The notes below the pieces were generated by a model. The model ran no database searches. It had not been told where the DNA came from and saw only the letters and a program-made list of their open reading frames with translations. A program made the position numbers and the translations under genes. From an uncultured Thermoplasmatales archaeon (lineage in GTDB: Archaea > Thermoplasmatota > E2 > DHVEG-1), in NCBI GenBank assembly GCA_964601295.1, contig CAZRMY010000001.1, positions 1 to 50,748 of the forward strand: DNA of 50,748 bases. Direction: 5' to 3'. Of this stretch, positions 1-11,700 are shown piece after piece. The number at the start of each line of letters is the position of its first letter. Position 1 is the stretch's first letter.

Positions 1-1131
1 ACCCGCATTCTCGATCGTTATCATACCACTCACTTCTGCACCAGGTTCAATATCAGTCCAGCTGAGATCAGCAGTTCCGTCAAGATCGGGTATCTTCGGT
101 ATTTCTTCAAAGGTTGCCATAATTGTTTTATCTGAATCCATGATTATCGTCTCGGGGTTTGCATCACCAGTTAAATCTCCACTCCATCCGATGAATTCCC
201 ATCCTTCATCAGGTATTGCTGTAAGTTCAACTGTTGTTCCTTCCTCATAAGTTCCACCGGATGGATTCAACTCGACAGTGCCATTACCAACGGGGTTAAT
301 AGTCAGATTGTAGTACACAATTTCTTCGAATGTGGCGGTAACTGCTTTATTTGAATTCATTATAATGGTTTCCGGGTTGATATCCCCTGAGAGATCACCG
401 CCCCATTGGACGAATTTTGCATCAACATCTGGAATCGCAGTCAATGTAACCTCTGTTCCACTACCATAAACACCGCCTGCAGGATCCAGTGTTACTGTTC
501 CAGGTCCAATTGGATCAACTGATAAGAAATATACCTCACCAACTTGTATAGATCCATTATTTCTATCTGGAAGAAAACCCATTTGGCCTCCTGCTGGACT
601 ATATTTCGTAACCATAGCCGGCGGATAAGATGCAAGTATTTTTAGCGGATAGATTCCATTAGGAGCTGTTGGCGAAATATCAACAATTAATTGACATAAT
701 AACTCTTCTTGAGTAGTTGAATACGGACCCGTTCCTATCCAAATTGCTCCTGCAGTCATATTCCCTAAAACATCCTCACCAGTTGGATTATATCCAGCTG
801 GTTGTCCATAACCATCGGAGAAATCAACACTCCAACTTGTAATAATATCTGGATCATAATTGATCACTATCTGCCACGCACCTAGCTGAAGCTCTCCAAT
901 ATCAAACTCACCGGTAATATTAATTACAACACACGTATCTCCTGCATCAACTTTTACATCATCAATAGTCATATAACCTGTGAAACCAAGAGCTGTTTGA
1001 TCTCTATTTTTTTGATTTGGTTTTTCAATATCGTTAACAAGAGCGGCTGCGCTTGGGATAATCAAAACCAAGACAACAGCAAGTGTTATAGCTGCCTTTA
1101 AAAATTGTTTCATTTCATTCACTTTCTTCAT
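1..1131 (-). CDS. Secreted surface protein, C-terminus cut by the window edge: signal peptide + cohesin-like domain + at least two divergent InlB-B-repeat-like modules
   Basis: Not in the ORF track because the frame runs off position 1. Reverse-complement reading from ATG 1131..1129 (second in-frame ATG at 1113) gives MKKVNEMKQFLKAAITLAVVLVLIIPSAAA.., 377 codons with no stop. Cohesin-like signature at about nt 538..978: DDVKVDAGDTCVVINITGEF..GAWQIVINYDPDII..LLCQLIVDISPTAPNGIYPL. Two ~65-aa units at nt 322..525 and 106..315: G(P/N)GTV.L.P.GG.Y..GT.V.LTAIPD..(F)..W.GDL.GD.NPETIIM.S.K...ATFEE. GGGGG motif 8 nt upstream of the ATG; TTTATATA-like box near 1172..1185. Confidence 0.6.
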   Translation of the reverse strand, partial: MKKVNEMKQFLKAAITLAVVLVLIIPSAAALVNDIEKPNQKNRDQTALGFTGYMTIDDVKVDAGDTCVVINITGEFDIGELQLGAWQIVINYDPDIITSWSVDFSDGYGQPAGYNPTGEDVLGNMTAGAIWIGTGPYSTTQEELLCQLIVDISPTAPNGIYPLKILASYPPAMVTKYSPAGGQMGFLPDRNNGSIQVGEVYFLSVDPIGPGTVTLDPAGGVYGSGTEVTLTAIPDVDAKFVQWGGDLSGDINPETIIMNSNKAVTATFEEIVYYNLTINPVGNGTVELNPSGGTYEEGTTVELTAIPDEGWEFIGWSGDLTGDANPETIIMDSDKTIMATFEEIPKIPDLDGTADLSWTDIEPGAEVSGMITIENAG

Positions 1132-1257
1132 ATATATTACCCCCTTATAGCATCCTAAGAATTTCCCCCAGTGAACCTAATTATATAAATAACTGTTAAT
1201 AAATAATATGGAACAACTATCGAATAAAAATTATAGCAAATTCAAAAAAAGGAGGAT

Positions 1258-2367
1258 TTAGATCTTCATAACAATAGTGAGCACATCTTCATCTTGTAAT
1301 ATATGATCTAAACCCACATTCTGTCCGGGATGCTTTGCTGAAGCACCCCACACGACCGCATACCGAAACTTCTGTTGAAAATCACGATGCAATTGTTTAC
1401 ATGCGTCTTCAACTGTACTATTTTTCTTTAAAATTAATGGCTCAGAATAATCAGCTTTGTTACCCACAGGTTTCATATACACCCGGATTAAACCCAGATT
1501 TGTGAAAAGCTTTTGTTTTAAAAGTTCAATACCTTTTCCATTTAATGCAGAAATAGGGATAACATCAACACCCTGCTGACGTATACTGTCACATACATTA
1601 TTCAGTTGGGTTGTAGACACCAGTTCCATTTTGTTTACCACCACTAACGCAGAAACGTACTTACAATTCTTAGAAAAAACATCAATCAGTTGCTCTTCAG
1701 TAATATCCTGTCGAATCGTAATATCTGCGTTAATCACAAACTCTGATGCAATTGTTTTTGCTAGTTCTTTGGAAAGATACGATAACTGAACGGTTGATTT
1801 AACGGTAATACCTCCGCGTTTCCGCAACGATATCACAACATCAGGAGATTTTTCATTCAACCGTAACCCTGCATCATACAACTCCTGTTTCATCACCTCA
1901 AGCTGTTCTACATGGTTAGCATCTATCATTAACAAAATCAAATCAACCGAACGAACTGCTGATAAAATTTCACGCCCACGTCCACGACCACGCGCCGCAC
2001 CAGTAATCATACCCGGTAAATCCAACAGCTGAATATCCGCACCCTTATATTTCAACATACCAGGAATAACATCCAACGTCGTAAAATCATACACACCTGT
2101 CTTACTTGCTGCATCCGTCAACTGATTCAATAATGTACTTTTCCCAATACTTGGGAAACCGACAATCCCAACAGTTGCATCACCTGATTTCTTAACCGAA
2201 AACCCTTTCCCCTTACCGCCTTTTTTACTCTGCTTTTCTGCTTCACCACGTAACCGCGCAAGCTTTGCCTTCAACTTTCCAATATGATGTTCAGTAGCTT
2301 TATTCTTCTGAGTGTTAAAAATCTCATCTTCAATCTCTTTAATCTGCTGCTCAATTGCTGTATCCAT
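1258..2367 (-). CDS. DRG/Obg-family GTP-binding protein with C-terminal TGS domain
   Basis: G1 GIVGFPSIGKSTLLN, G3 DLPG, G4-like VVNKMEL, and a C-terminal TGS-like block (RVYMKP..ILKKNSTVEDAC..LH). The track start at 2379 is GTG. I prefer the ATG at 2367 (MDTAIEQQIKEIEDEI), which matches the usual DRG N-terminus. Confidence 0.8.
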   Translation of the reverse strand: MDTAIEQQIKEIEDEIFNTQKNKATEHHIGKLKAKLARLRGEAEKQSKKGGKGKGFSVKKSGDATVGIVGFPSIGKSTLLNQLTDAASKTGVYDFTTLDVIPGMLKYKGADIQLLDLPGMITGAARGRGRGREILSAVRSVDLILLMIDANHVEQLEVMKQELYDAGLRLNEKSPDVVISLRKRGGITVKSTVQLSYLSKELAKTIASEFVINADITIRQDITEEQLIDVFSKNCKYVSALVVVNKMELVSTTQLNNVCDSIRQQGVDVIPISALNGKGIELLKQKLFTNLGLIRVYMKPVGNKADYSEPLILKKNSTVEDACKQLHRDFQQKFRYAVVWGASAKHPGQNVGLDHILQDEDVLTIVMKI

Positions 2368-2417
2368 GTTATCATTCACATTTCATCGCAAAGATACATA
2401 CCATCTACCACTATACT

Positions 2418-3356
2418 TTAATCTGGTGTAATAACTGTTCCGGTTTTCCCATTAAAGGCATTCCACCCCTGTGCAATATCAGAGATAACCACCTTCTTCC
2501 CACCCGCTTTCAAAAAACGAATCGCCGCAAGAATCTTGGGGCCCATGCTTCCCTCAGGGAAATGACCTTCTTCATAAAATCGTTCAATCTCAGATACTGT
2601 CACTCGATTTAGTGGCTGTTGCTCGGGCGTAGTATATTTAAGATACACCTTTTCTACATTTGTCAAAATCATCAGCACTTCAGCGTTTACTGCCTCTGCT
2701 AAATGTTCAGAGGCTAGATCTTTATCGATTACCGCCTCGACTCCATCTAACCCCCATCCAGGTTTCTGGATAACCGGCATACCACCACCGCCAGCTGCAA
2801 TCACAATGACCCCTTGATCCATGAGCTGTTTCATCAATTTTCCGTCCACAATATACCGTGGATCCGGAGACGGTACCATAATACGCCAGCCACCTGACCG
2901 CTTTTGCATTACATATCCTTCTTTTTGCATCTGATGAGCTGTTTGTTCATCATAATACGGGCCAACTGGTTTAGTTGCATCTTGTAACGCAGGATCATCA
3001 GCATCCACAATAACCTGTGTAATTAAAGCAATAACCGACCGATGTACCCCCTCTCTTTTCAACATATTATGCAGATTCTGCTGGATCATATACCCAATTA
3101 AACCTTCACTTTGCGCGACACACACACCTAATGGCATCGGCGGGGTAACCTCTTTTGCAGCATCATTCTGTAACAAAATCGCTCCGACCTGCGGCCCGTT
3201 CCCATGGGTAAGCGCGACATCCCAACCATGTTTAATAATCTTTACAACAGACGTTAATGACTCACGTGTATTCTCAAACTGTTCATAAATCGTACCCATC
3301 TGACCTTTTTTAATCAACGCATTTCCACCTAATGCGATAACCACTCGTTTTGCCAT
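2418..3356 (-). CDS. arcC: Carbamate kinase
   Basis: Full-length match to carbamate kinase hallmarks: MAKRVVIALGGNAL, THGNGPQVG, RGWR-like GGWRIMVPSPDP, IAAGGGGMPV, AVIDKDLAS, GHFPEGSMGPK. ATG confirmed at 3356. Confidence 0.85.
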   Translation of the reverse strand: MAKRVVIALGGNALIKKGQMGTIYEQFENTRESLTSVVKIIKHGWDVALTHGNGPQVGAILLQNDAAKEVTPPMPLGVCVAQSEGLIGYMIQQNLHNMLKREGVHRSVIALITQVIVDADDPALQDATKPVGPYYDEQTAHQMQKEGYVMQKRSGGWRIMVPSPDPRYIVDGKLMKQLMDQGVIVIAAGGGGMPVIQKPGWGLDGVEAVIDKDLASEHLAEAVNAEVLMILTNVEKVYLKYTTPEQQPLNRVTVSEIERFYEEGHFPEGSMGPKILAAIRFLKAGGKKVVISDIAQGWNAFNGKTGTVITPD

Positions 3357-3452
3357 AACAAACCGCCCTGAAACATGCTTACAGTATTAAAAAACATAGC
3401 CTCACCAAACACGAATGCGTATACATCAAATAAGGCACCATATCACATGTCA

Positions 3453-3956
3453 CTAGCGTTTATAGCCGATATCCTGCAAAAACTTCGTACGTTTCTTCAC
3501 ATCATCAGCATTTTCAACACCCTTGGGCACAAACCCGTCAATCACACCTAAAATACCTCTGCCTTTGTCTTTGCCAAAACGCTCCTCAGCAACCATTACT
3601 TTACAGGGGTTTGCGGTGGCACAAAAAACCTGGCATACCTCCGGGACCTGCTTAATCGCATTTAACACATTCACCGGAAAACACTCCCGCATAAACACAA
3701 AAAAAGTATGACCCGCACCAACCCGCTGTGCATTACGTACCGCCAAATCAATCAATGTATCATCATTTCCATCTTTTCTAATCTTACACGGACCACTCGC
3801 CTCACAAAACGCAATACCAAAACGAGCCTGTGGCACCGCATTAACCATCGCCTCATACAAATCCTCAACAGATTTAATAAAATGAGACTGCCCTAACACA
3901 ATATTAACATCATCAGATTTCTCAATGTCCACAACATCTAACATGCCATCGCTCAT
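3453..3956 (-). CDS. Adenosine-specific kinase family protein (DUF355/PF04008-like)
   Basis: 167 aa. Blocks GQSHFIKSVEDLYEAM, FGIAFCEASGP and VFCATANP recalled from this small archaeal family. Assignment is from memory only. Confidence 0.55.
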   Translation of the reverse strand: MSDGMLDVVDIEKSDDVNIVLGQSHFIKSVEDLYEAMVNAVPQARFGIAFCEASGPCKIRKDGNDDTLIDLAVRNAQRVGAGHTFFVFMRECFPVNVLNAIKQVPEVCQVFCATANPCKVMVAEERFGKDKGRGILGVIDGFVPKGVENADDVKKRTKFLQDIGYKR

Positions 3957-4060
3957 AGATCTACTCCCCTATGTTATTTCTAAACGTTATCAACAAAGAT
4001 ACCACCAACACCTATAAAAAAATTTGTATTACAACAGCTATCCCGCTGTGACAAAACATG

Positions 4061-5584
4061 TTACCATGAAGGCTGATTCTGACGAAACTCAAAAAACACT
4101 ACAATAGGCAACACATCACTATCTAACTGCACCCCCTCACCATCAAAAGCAATCACCTCAACCTCATAAACCCCATGTGAAACATTAAATACATCAAATG
4201 CACCTACACACCCGTCACTCAAATTCTCATCAACAACCATATTTTCCCCGCTAATAATCAAATTCCGTGTATAAAACTCCACATAATCAACATTCTCACG
4301 CACATCGGCTTTAATCACCAACCGATCATTCAGCACAAGCGAAACATCAAGCAAATCGAATAAATACACATACGCCCATGATACATTCAAAAAATACACA
4401 TACCCTATCCGAATATTGGAAATATTAATCAATCTGCTCACTGACACATTCACCGATTCAGACCACACACTCTCCAACCCCTGCTCATCTCTAGTTTTCA
4501 CCCGAATACTATAATTACCCGTAGCCCAAGCATGCATACGCGACACAGAGTCACCTGAGGGAACATACTCCGTCCATCCACTATCCGTTCCATCACCCCA
4601 ATCAAACAAATACGCAACACCATCCCCATCAGGATCCGTGGTATTCGCAGTATACGTTTGACTCACCTGCGTCTTCACAATTGATGGCCCCCACAAAACA
4701 GGTTTCACCGGAGCACGATTAGACTGATTTGACGTGGTAAACACAAAAACCTCCCGAGTCCACTCACCACTCTTTGAATCAGTGACATTCACAAACCACA
4801 GATACTGTCTATCAAGCTCAAGCTGCTCAATGACACACTGCTTTGTTCCGTTATGCTCAAACACACCTGAACTATTACCCACATCCGGACACGTCTCAAT
4901 AGACCACGAAAAAAGATCCCCCTCAGGATCCTCAATCATCACCTCTAGAACACCAATATCAATACCTACATCTTCAGCATCATACACCGGCTGCTCATCA
5001 TACATCACGGGAGGATAATTCTTAGACACATTCACAAACACCGCCCCATTAAACACGGTCACACTAACCTGCCCACCCGTCTCATCAGATACCTTAACAT
5101 CCTGTAACACCAACGAAGACATACCAATAACGTCACGAGCGACAAAGCCAATCGTACAAAACACCCCCGGCTTGCTCACCGTAGAAGTAGCAGGTACTGT
5201 TAACCCATACACATCAGCAATCCATCCATCTGAATTATTGATAACACCGGGATTAAAAAACGTATTCTGCGCATCAGCAAACAAATCCCCTTCCTCAACA
5301 TACACTGCTTCAACCAATAACGGATCAAAAACAAACTGATCAAATGACACTCCATTAATTGGTACCGCGGGACTCACATACACATCAACCGTAAAGGAAC
5401 TGTTTACTAACACTGTTTGATTCCCTGGTTCAACTTCTACAATAGTCTCCTGCAGATTACTGTAAAAAATCTTTGTCACACGCGAATCAACACCAGAATT
5501 AAAAAATACCGAAAAACTAACTAACATTATAACAACAACTAAAGCTGGTGACAATAAGATTCTCGCTTGGTGTATCTTCTCCAA
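4061..5584 (-). CDS. Secreted/anchored surface protein: signal anchor + cohesin-like domain + FN3-like 'DPEGD..IETCPDVG' module + PKD-like 'DPDGD..DWGDG' module + unassigned C-terminal region
   Basis: The start codon is TTG (5584..5582), with GGGGG 9 nt upstream. Cohesin-like block at aa ~48-185 (nt 5030..5443): FTVDVYVSPAVPINGVSFDQFVFDPLLVE..GVFCTIGFVARD. FN3-like module at nt 4733..5017. PKD-like module at nt 4436..4720. Confidence 0.65.
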   Translation of the reverse strand: MEKIHQARILLSPALVVVIMLVSFSVFFNSGVDSRVTKIFYSNLQETIVEVEPGNQTVLVNSSFTVDVYVSPAVPINGVSFDQFVFDPLLVEAVYVEEGDLFADAQNTFFNPGVINNSDGWIADVYGLTVPATSTVSKPGVFCTIGFVARDVIGMSSLVLQDVKVSDETGGQVSVTVFNGAVFVNVSKNYPPVMYDEQPVYDAEDVGIDIGVLEVMIEDPEGDLFSWSIETCPDVGNSSGVFEHNGTKQCVIEQLELDRQYLWFVNVTDSKSGEWTREVFVFTTSNQSNRAPVKPVLWGPSIVKTQVSQTYTANTTDPDGDGVAYLFDWGDGTDSGWTEYVPSGDSVSRMHAWATGNYSIRVKTRDEQGLESVWSESVNVSVSRLINISNIRIGYVYFLNVSWAYVYLFDLLDVSLVLNDRLVIKADVRENVDYVEFYTRNLIISGENMVVDENLSDGCVGAFDVFNVSHGVYEVEVIAFDGEGVQLDSDVLPIVVFFEFRQNQPSW

Positions 5585-5660
5585 ATATACCTACCCCCAA
5601 TTTTTGATATCTTATTACGATTTAGATTTTATAAAGATTTCGCTAATATAAATCTTGTCA

Positions 5661-5704
5661 TGCAAAAAATATATTAAAAAATATAAGGGGATTTAATTTT
5701 CCCC
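5661..5704 (-). terminator. Putative terminator of the giant gene: GGGGA-N8-TCCCC hairpin followed by two T6 runs (minus-strand sense)
   Basis: Plus strand has gggga (5687..5691) / tcccc (5700..5704), plus A6 runs at 5664..5669 and 5676..5681. These lie 16-60 nt downstream of the TAA at 5720..5722. Archaeal termination is typically oligo-T dependent. Confidence 0.45.
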
Positions 5705-5719
5705 AATACACCTATTGCT

Positions 5720-8700
5720 TTATTTTTTTGGAGGTTTACGTTCTAAATAGAGATAACCCGCCTTAAAGAGTACAACGACTACAATGACTATAGCTGCCAC
5801 TATCGCTAGAATTATCCAATACCATGATGTTTCTTCAGGTTCGCTTATCTCTGTTATTTCGCTTCCAATAATTGCAAATGATGATGTCCCGGGTGATATC
5901 GCTTGATAATAAACATACGTTTCATCTTCATTTAAGATGGTTGTTTCTAGTTCAATCCATTCTCCGTTATGATAGCGCATGAGTGTTACTGTTTCTTTAT
6001 CAATGTTGTTTTCCGTAAACCAACTTTGTGGTACTTTGAATTTGATTTTTAATGATTGAATATCGCTTTCGTTAACTGATTCATTACCAGCGATAACATC
6101 GATTTCAAGATAGGAATATACATGTTTATCGGCCTCTTCCGGAACTTGGTTGTCTGTATCTGTTACTTTTTCGATGGTTACTTTTACATCTGTTAGATCT
6201 GTATTTGCAGTGAACTCGATGCTGTCTACGCCAGTTCCCTCGGCGTCGTCTGATGCTGCTTCTTTGCTTTCACCGGTGGTGACATTACCCACCATTGCGA
6301 CGCCAATTACTTTAAATGAGTACACCGTTGATTGGGTGGTTTGAGAGGCAGAATCTGTAGCATCAATTGAGTATGTGATAGTTTTTCCAGTGGTAAATGG
6401 TCCTATGGTTGCAGTATACGTGTTGCCATTTGATATGCTCATAGTGGTTGTGTGTTCTGATCCATCATCATAGTAGAGATTTACAGATAGTAGGTTAGTG
6501 TCATCGGTTACTGTGGCATAAATGGTTATGGTGTCCTCTTTGGTTACTTTTGTTGGGGTGTGATATATGGATGATATGGTAGGTGGGTTGTCTTGTGTTG
6601 CTTCAGATATTGTGACTTCTGCGGTATCTGTTGCTGTTGAATCGGTATCATCGGTGACGGTCAATGTTGCTGTGTAGGTATCTGCAGAGCTATAGGAGTG
6701 CGTCGGGTTTTGCTCGGTTGAGCTGGATGCGTCACCAAAGTCCCAGCTGTATGAATACGGTGATGTTCCTCCACTTGCTGAGCCAGTGAACTCTATTGAA
6801 CTTCCGACGGTGCCCTCATATGGACCATTTGCATTGGCAGTTAATCCAAAGGTACCGTCTTGGGTGCCTTGTTGACCGTTGTTATTCGTTGTTTGGGTTT
6901 CGTCAGTGGTAAAAGTAGAATCAGTTGAATTCACGGAGCTTCCTGCTCTATCATAAGATATTACTCTGTAGTGATAGGTAGTACTTGCGGAAAGGCTGGT
7001 GAGGGTAATAGCATGTGAGGTAGCATAGGATCCTGTTTTGGTGTTTCCATAGGAACTGGTTGTCCCATACTCAACAGTTGCATTTGTTGTTTCATTGGTA
7101 GTCCAGGAGATAACCGCTGAGTTTTCATCAACACTATCTGATGAAGGACCAACCGTTATATTTGGAGCAGTGTTATCAACGGTTACATTAATTGAATACG
7201 AATTATTAATAGCAGTACTGTTTATCACATAGAGTCTAAGTATGTATTCTGTTTCTGCTACTAATGAGGTGTTCCAAGTGGCTAGAACACTTGAGCTAAC
7301 GGGAGAAGTTGAGTTTGAGATATGTGTCCACGTGGATCCATTGTCAGATGAATGGTTGACCCAATATTTGCTAAATGCTGGGCCAGAAGCAGTACCAGTA
7401 ATTGAGATAGTCTGCCGCACATACTCGTTATTTGAAGGCGCGGTAATTGATGCATTCATCGCAGCACTTACAATTGTGGTATATGCATCCCCTGATGCAT
7501 CATAGTCATTTTCGACATTTCCTGCATTATCGGTGGCAATTGATCTGAAATAGTAAGTGTTGCCGATGGAGCCATTGGTAAATTGGGAATATCCGTTTGC
7601 ATTTTGTCCTGTGAGCCATGTTGTCCAGGTTCCCTCAGAACCATTTTTTGTCTGTATAATGCAACTTGCTACATCACTTGAGGCATCTGATGATGTCCAG
7701 CTTACATTAACAGGTATACTATTATATTGAGATAGCGTGGTAATTTCTGAGGTCGGTCGTACTGTATCGATTAATATATGAGTAGTTTTTATTGACTCGG
7801 TGTTAGTTGCATTATCTTTGGAGAAGTATTTCAGTGTCCTATTGCCCTGTGAGGTAAATGAGATTGCGGTAGAATATTCATCTTCTGCTGTTTGTGTTGG
7901 ATCACTTCCATCTTTTGTATAATACGTTTTATATATGCCGCTGGTGTCATCCGTCGCATTTAATGTAACAGTTACAGGGGTAGTTGTTTGCCATCCTGAA
8001 GGGCCATCGTCAGAGGTTGATGGATCAGTGGTATCTACTCGTAAGGTTTCTGTATGGGTGTTTTCTATATTGGGTGTTGTGTTTTTATCATAAGAATAGA
8101 ATTTGATTGTCCATATGTCATCTCCTAGTTCATTTTCCCCGCCGATTGTAAATGGAGCAGCATACTGGGTTCTGTTTACATTAGAGTTGTTTGTTGGGTC
8201 GCTTCCATCGGTGGTATAATATGTTTTATTCACTCCTTTTCCATTGTCTGTTGGTGTAAATGTTACTGTTACGTCTGAGGTTTGCCATCCTGAGAGTATA
8301 TTATCTGTTGTTGTAGGTGGTTTATCATCAACGGAAATTCCGGTTTGACTGGTGACTGTCTGGTTTTCATTTGGCGGTGTAGCGGTATCTATAGCGGTCA
8401 CTGCGTAGTAGAAGGTTGTTCCATCTGTTGCGGTGGTATCATCATAGGTGGTTGTAGATCGGGTGGTAATGGTGGTTAAGAGTTGTACATTGCTAGAGGT
8501 TACATTGGTGAATGTGCTGCCTCTGCGGTATACTTTGTATCCTGCGAAATCTGGTGCGTTGGATTGATTCCATGAGAGAGTTATTGTGCTTTCAGCGTTT
8601 GCTTTATCTGTTGCACTGACCCCTTCTATTGCATTTGGTGGTGTGGTATCTGCGCCAGAGGAGGTGCTAAAGGTTTTATCAACTGAAGTACGTATATTCC

Positions 8701-11700
8701 CTGCTCTGTCTTGGGATTTTACCTGGTAGTGGTATGTGGTTCCAGATGAAAGACCTGTTAGTGTTCTAGTATGGGAGGTAACTTTTGTGGAGTTAGTACT
8801 GGTTGTTCCATAATCTGTTGTTGTTCCATATTCAATAGTGCTCGTGGATGATTCATCTGTGGTCCATGTAATCGTGGCACTGGTTTGAGTGATACCACTA
8901 CTTTGCACGTTAGATATAGAAGGCGCTGTTGTATCAAGATTGATAGTGTCACTGACGGCTGTTGCGGAGTTCCCAGCAAGATCTTTAACCTGGAAGTTAA
9001 CGGTTTTTGTTCCGCTACCTGATGAAAGCTGCCAATTTGCTTTTTCTTCGTTGTATGATTCCCAGCTTGACCAGTTGCTTCCGGAGTTGTTGAATCGCAT
9101 TTTCATATTGTAGGTATCAGATGCACTTAACGTAAGGGTGGCATTAGTGCTATTTGTATATGGTTGATCTGAGTTAATTGATATATCAAGGTTTGTAGGC
9201 GTGGTCGTGTCAAGTGTGATGTTATCTGAGTTCACATCTGATATTTTTCCTGCTCTATCTTTTACTTTAATATATACTGTTTTTATACCATTTGAAGAGG
9301 TAAGAGACCATTCTTTTGAGGTATTGTATTCTACCCAAGTTCGACCACTGAAGGTCATCTCATTAGCGATCATCATGTATTCGACCCCACTTGTAGCATC
9401 CTCTGCACTAATAGATAATGTTACACTTTGATCGTTTGAATAGGTAGCTGGTGTGTCACCTTTGCCGGTGATGGTGAGAGTGACCGATGATGGCTTGGTG
9501 GTATCAAGGGTTATACCATCACTTACCGCAGTTGCTATATTTCCTGCGGTATCTTTGACTTGATAGTATACGGTTTTTGATCCATCAGTAGAGGTTAATG
9601 TCCAATCGCGTGTACTCTGGAAATCCTCCCAGTCGGTATAATTTCCACCAGCGTTTTTAAATTGCATTTTTTTACTAGAGTTATCTGTTGCTGAAATTGT
9701 GGTCAAACTTACAGAGGTAGTGTTGGTATATTGATCATTATTTTCTATCTCAAAACTAACCCCCGTTGGTGCAGCGGTATCTATCACAATCGTTTGCGTA
9801 GTATCAGATTCATTTGCCTGGTTACCCGTTGCTTCGTCAGATACTTTTATTCGATAGGTACCATCAGATAATATATTAGTGTTGTCGTCTTTGCCATTCC
9901 ACGTCGCAGTATAGGTACCAGAGCCGAAGCTTGTTTCAGAGAGTGAAATTCCTGTTTTTTCCAAAACACTCGTGGCATTATAGATATTAAGATACAAATC
10001 CTGTCCTCCATCTGCACTGACCGTTATAAGCGTGGTATCTTTTGTTCCATCAGAATTTGGGCTAAATGGATCATTAGAAGCAGATATTTCACTTACTCCA
10101 CTTGCGGTGAGTGCTCCAACAGTTTCATTCTCAAAATCAGTGTAATTACATGAGGCGGTGGTATGTACATTACTTGCTTCATCCAAGAGCACCCAGGTGC
10201 CGCTAATATTTGCGCCTATGCGTAAATATCCAAGCATATATGGACCATCTGTCTCAGATGAATATATATTGTTTCCCTCGAAATACAGCGTGACAGTTTT
10301 TTCGCCAACTGTCCATAGTGTATTATGATTACTGTTGTTGCTATCGGAGGTAATCCATGTTGAACCACTACTTGAGTACAAATCTCCGTATACATCAAAG
10401 TTTGAGCTTGCAGACGTCACGTTAATAGTCATCGATATTGCCAGATATTCGTATTCATCATCTGCATCTGAATTTATGAATGATGATGAATAGTTACCCA
10501 TTATATAACCCGCAGCAGCACTAGTATTATGTTCAAAGTCAGTATAGGCATACGCAGCAGCAGTGGTGAACACATTCGTTGCCCGGGTTATCTCACCAAT
10601 ATCAGTTTTTGATACCGCAACATAAGATACAGTGTAGGGTCCATTAAGTTTCTTTGCATAAATCTTCAAGCCGTCAAATGAAAAATTGACCGGTCTTTCA
10701 CCAGTTGTATAACTTGTCGCAGGTATTTTTTTGCCGGTGATAAACGTACCATTTGGATCTACAAGTGCTGCAGATACAGAATATGAACCTGCTGTGTTAA
10801 ATGTGATGTTTGCGGATATATTAAGATAATCATATCCTTCATGTGATCCGGGACTATCATACACGCCTCCAAAGGTGACCTCACCTATTGATACGCTTGC
10901 TCCAAACTCATCGTAGCTATAGATGTTAACTAAATCAAATTCCCCAGAATCAATGAGATTCATGTCACTTGCTCTTCTCATCTCAATATATATTTTTTCC
11001 GGATCTTTCCCTGAAGCATTGATAAGACTCCCATCAAATGATAAGTTTACTTCAGTCTCCCCGTTTACCGTTGTTGTATTCTGACTCCAAGCAATATCTG
11101 TGTAATCACCAGCGAGCAACACTCCACTGTACTGGTATTCATTACTTATCGCGGAATATGTACTAATATTTACCTTTAAGTTACCATTGCTACTTGTATC
11201 ATTGGTACCGTTAATATGTCCTACTGGAGCAGAAAAATCGGTTGCATCGTAATCACTACTTGTTGTATATCTATCAATCGTATCGATCAAACTATCTGTA
11301 CCTACTTTTCGTAGTTCTAATCTCACATGATATGGTCCATCGAGTCCCTTGTCATAAATGTCTCCTCCATCAAAAAGCAGATTAAATGTTTGTACACCAC
11401 TTGGATTTACAGTTATCTCAGTTGTATTAAATGATATCCACTGCCAGCTATATCCTAATTCTTGATGTAGATCACCATTTATTTTGTATTTACCAGAAAC
11501 AGTTGAATTTACAGTTACATTTATTTTAAGATCACCATTTGAGATCTCATCTTCTGCTCCATCGATCATATCAACAAATTCAATTCCCGCACTCGCAAAA
11601 TCCGATGCATCATAATCATTTGTTTGATACTGCTCGATTATGTCGTATTGTCTCCATTCACCGGTGTTTGAACATAACTCTATTCGTATGTCATACGGTC

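Noticed and set aside
5720-5860. PGF-CTERM/archaeosortase sorting signal at the giant protein C-terminus
   Set aside because: The 'PGTSSFAIIG' string belongs to the PGF-pre-PGF-like domain. The actual terminal segment (WYWIILAIVAAIVIVVVVLF + KAGYLYLERKPPKK) lacks a PGF tripeptide right before the helix, so an ordinary TM anchor is more likely.
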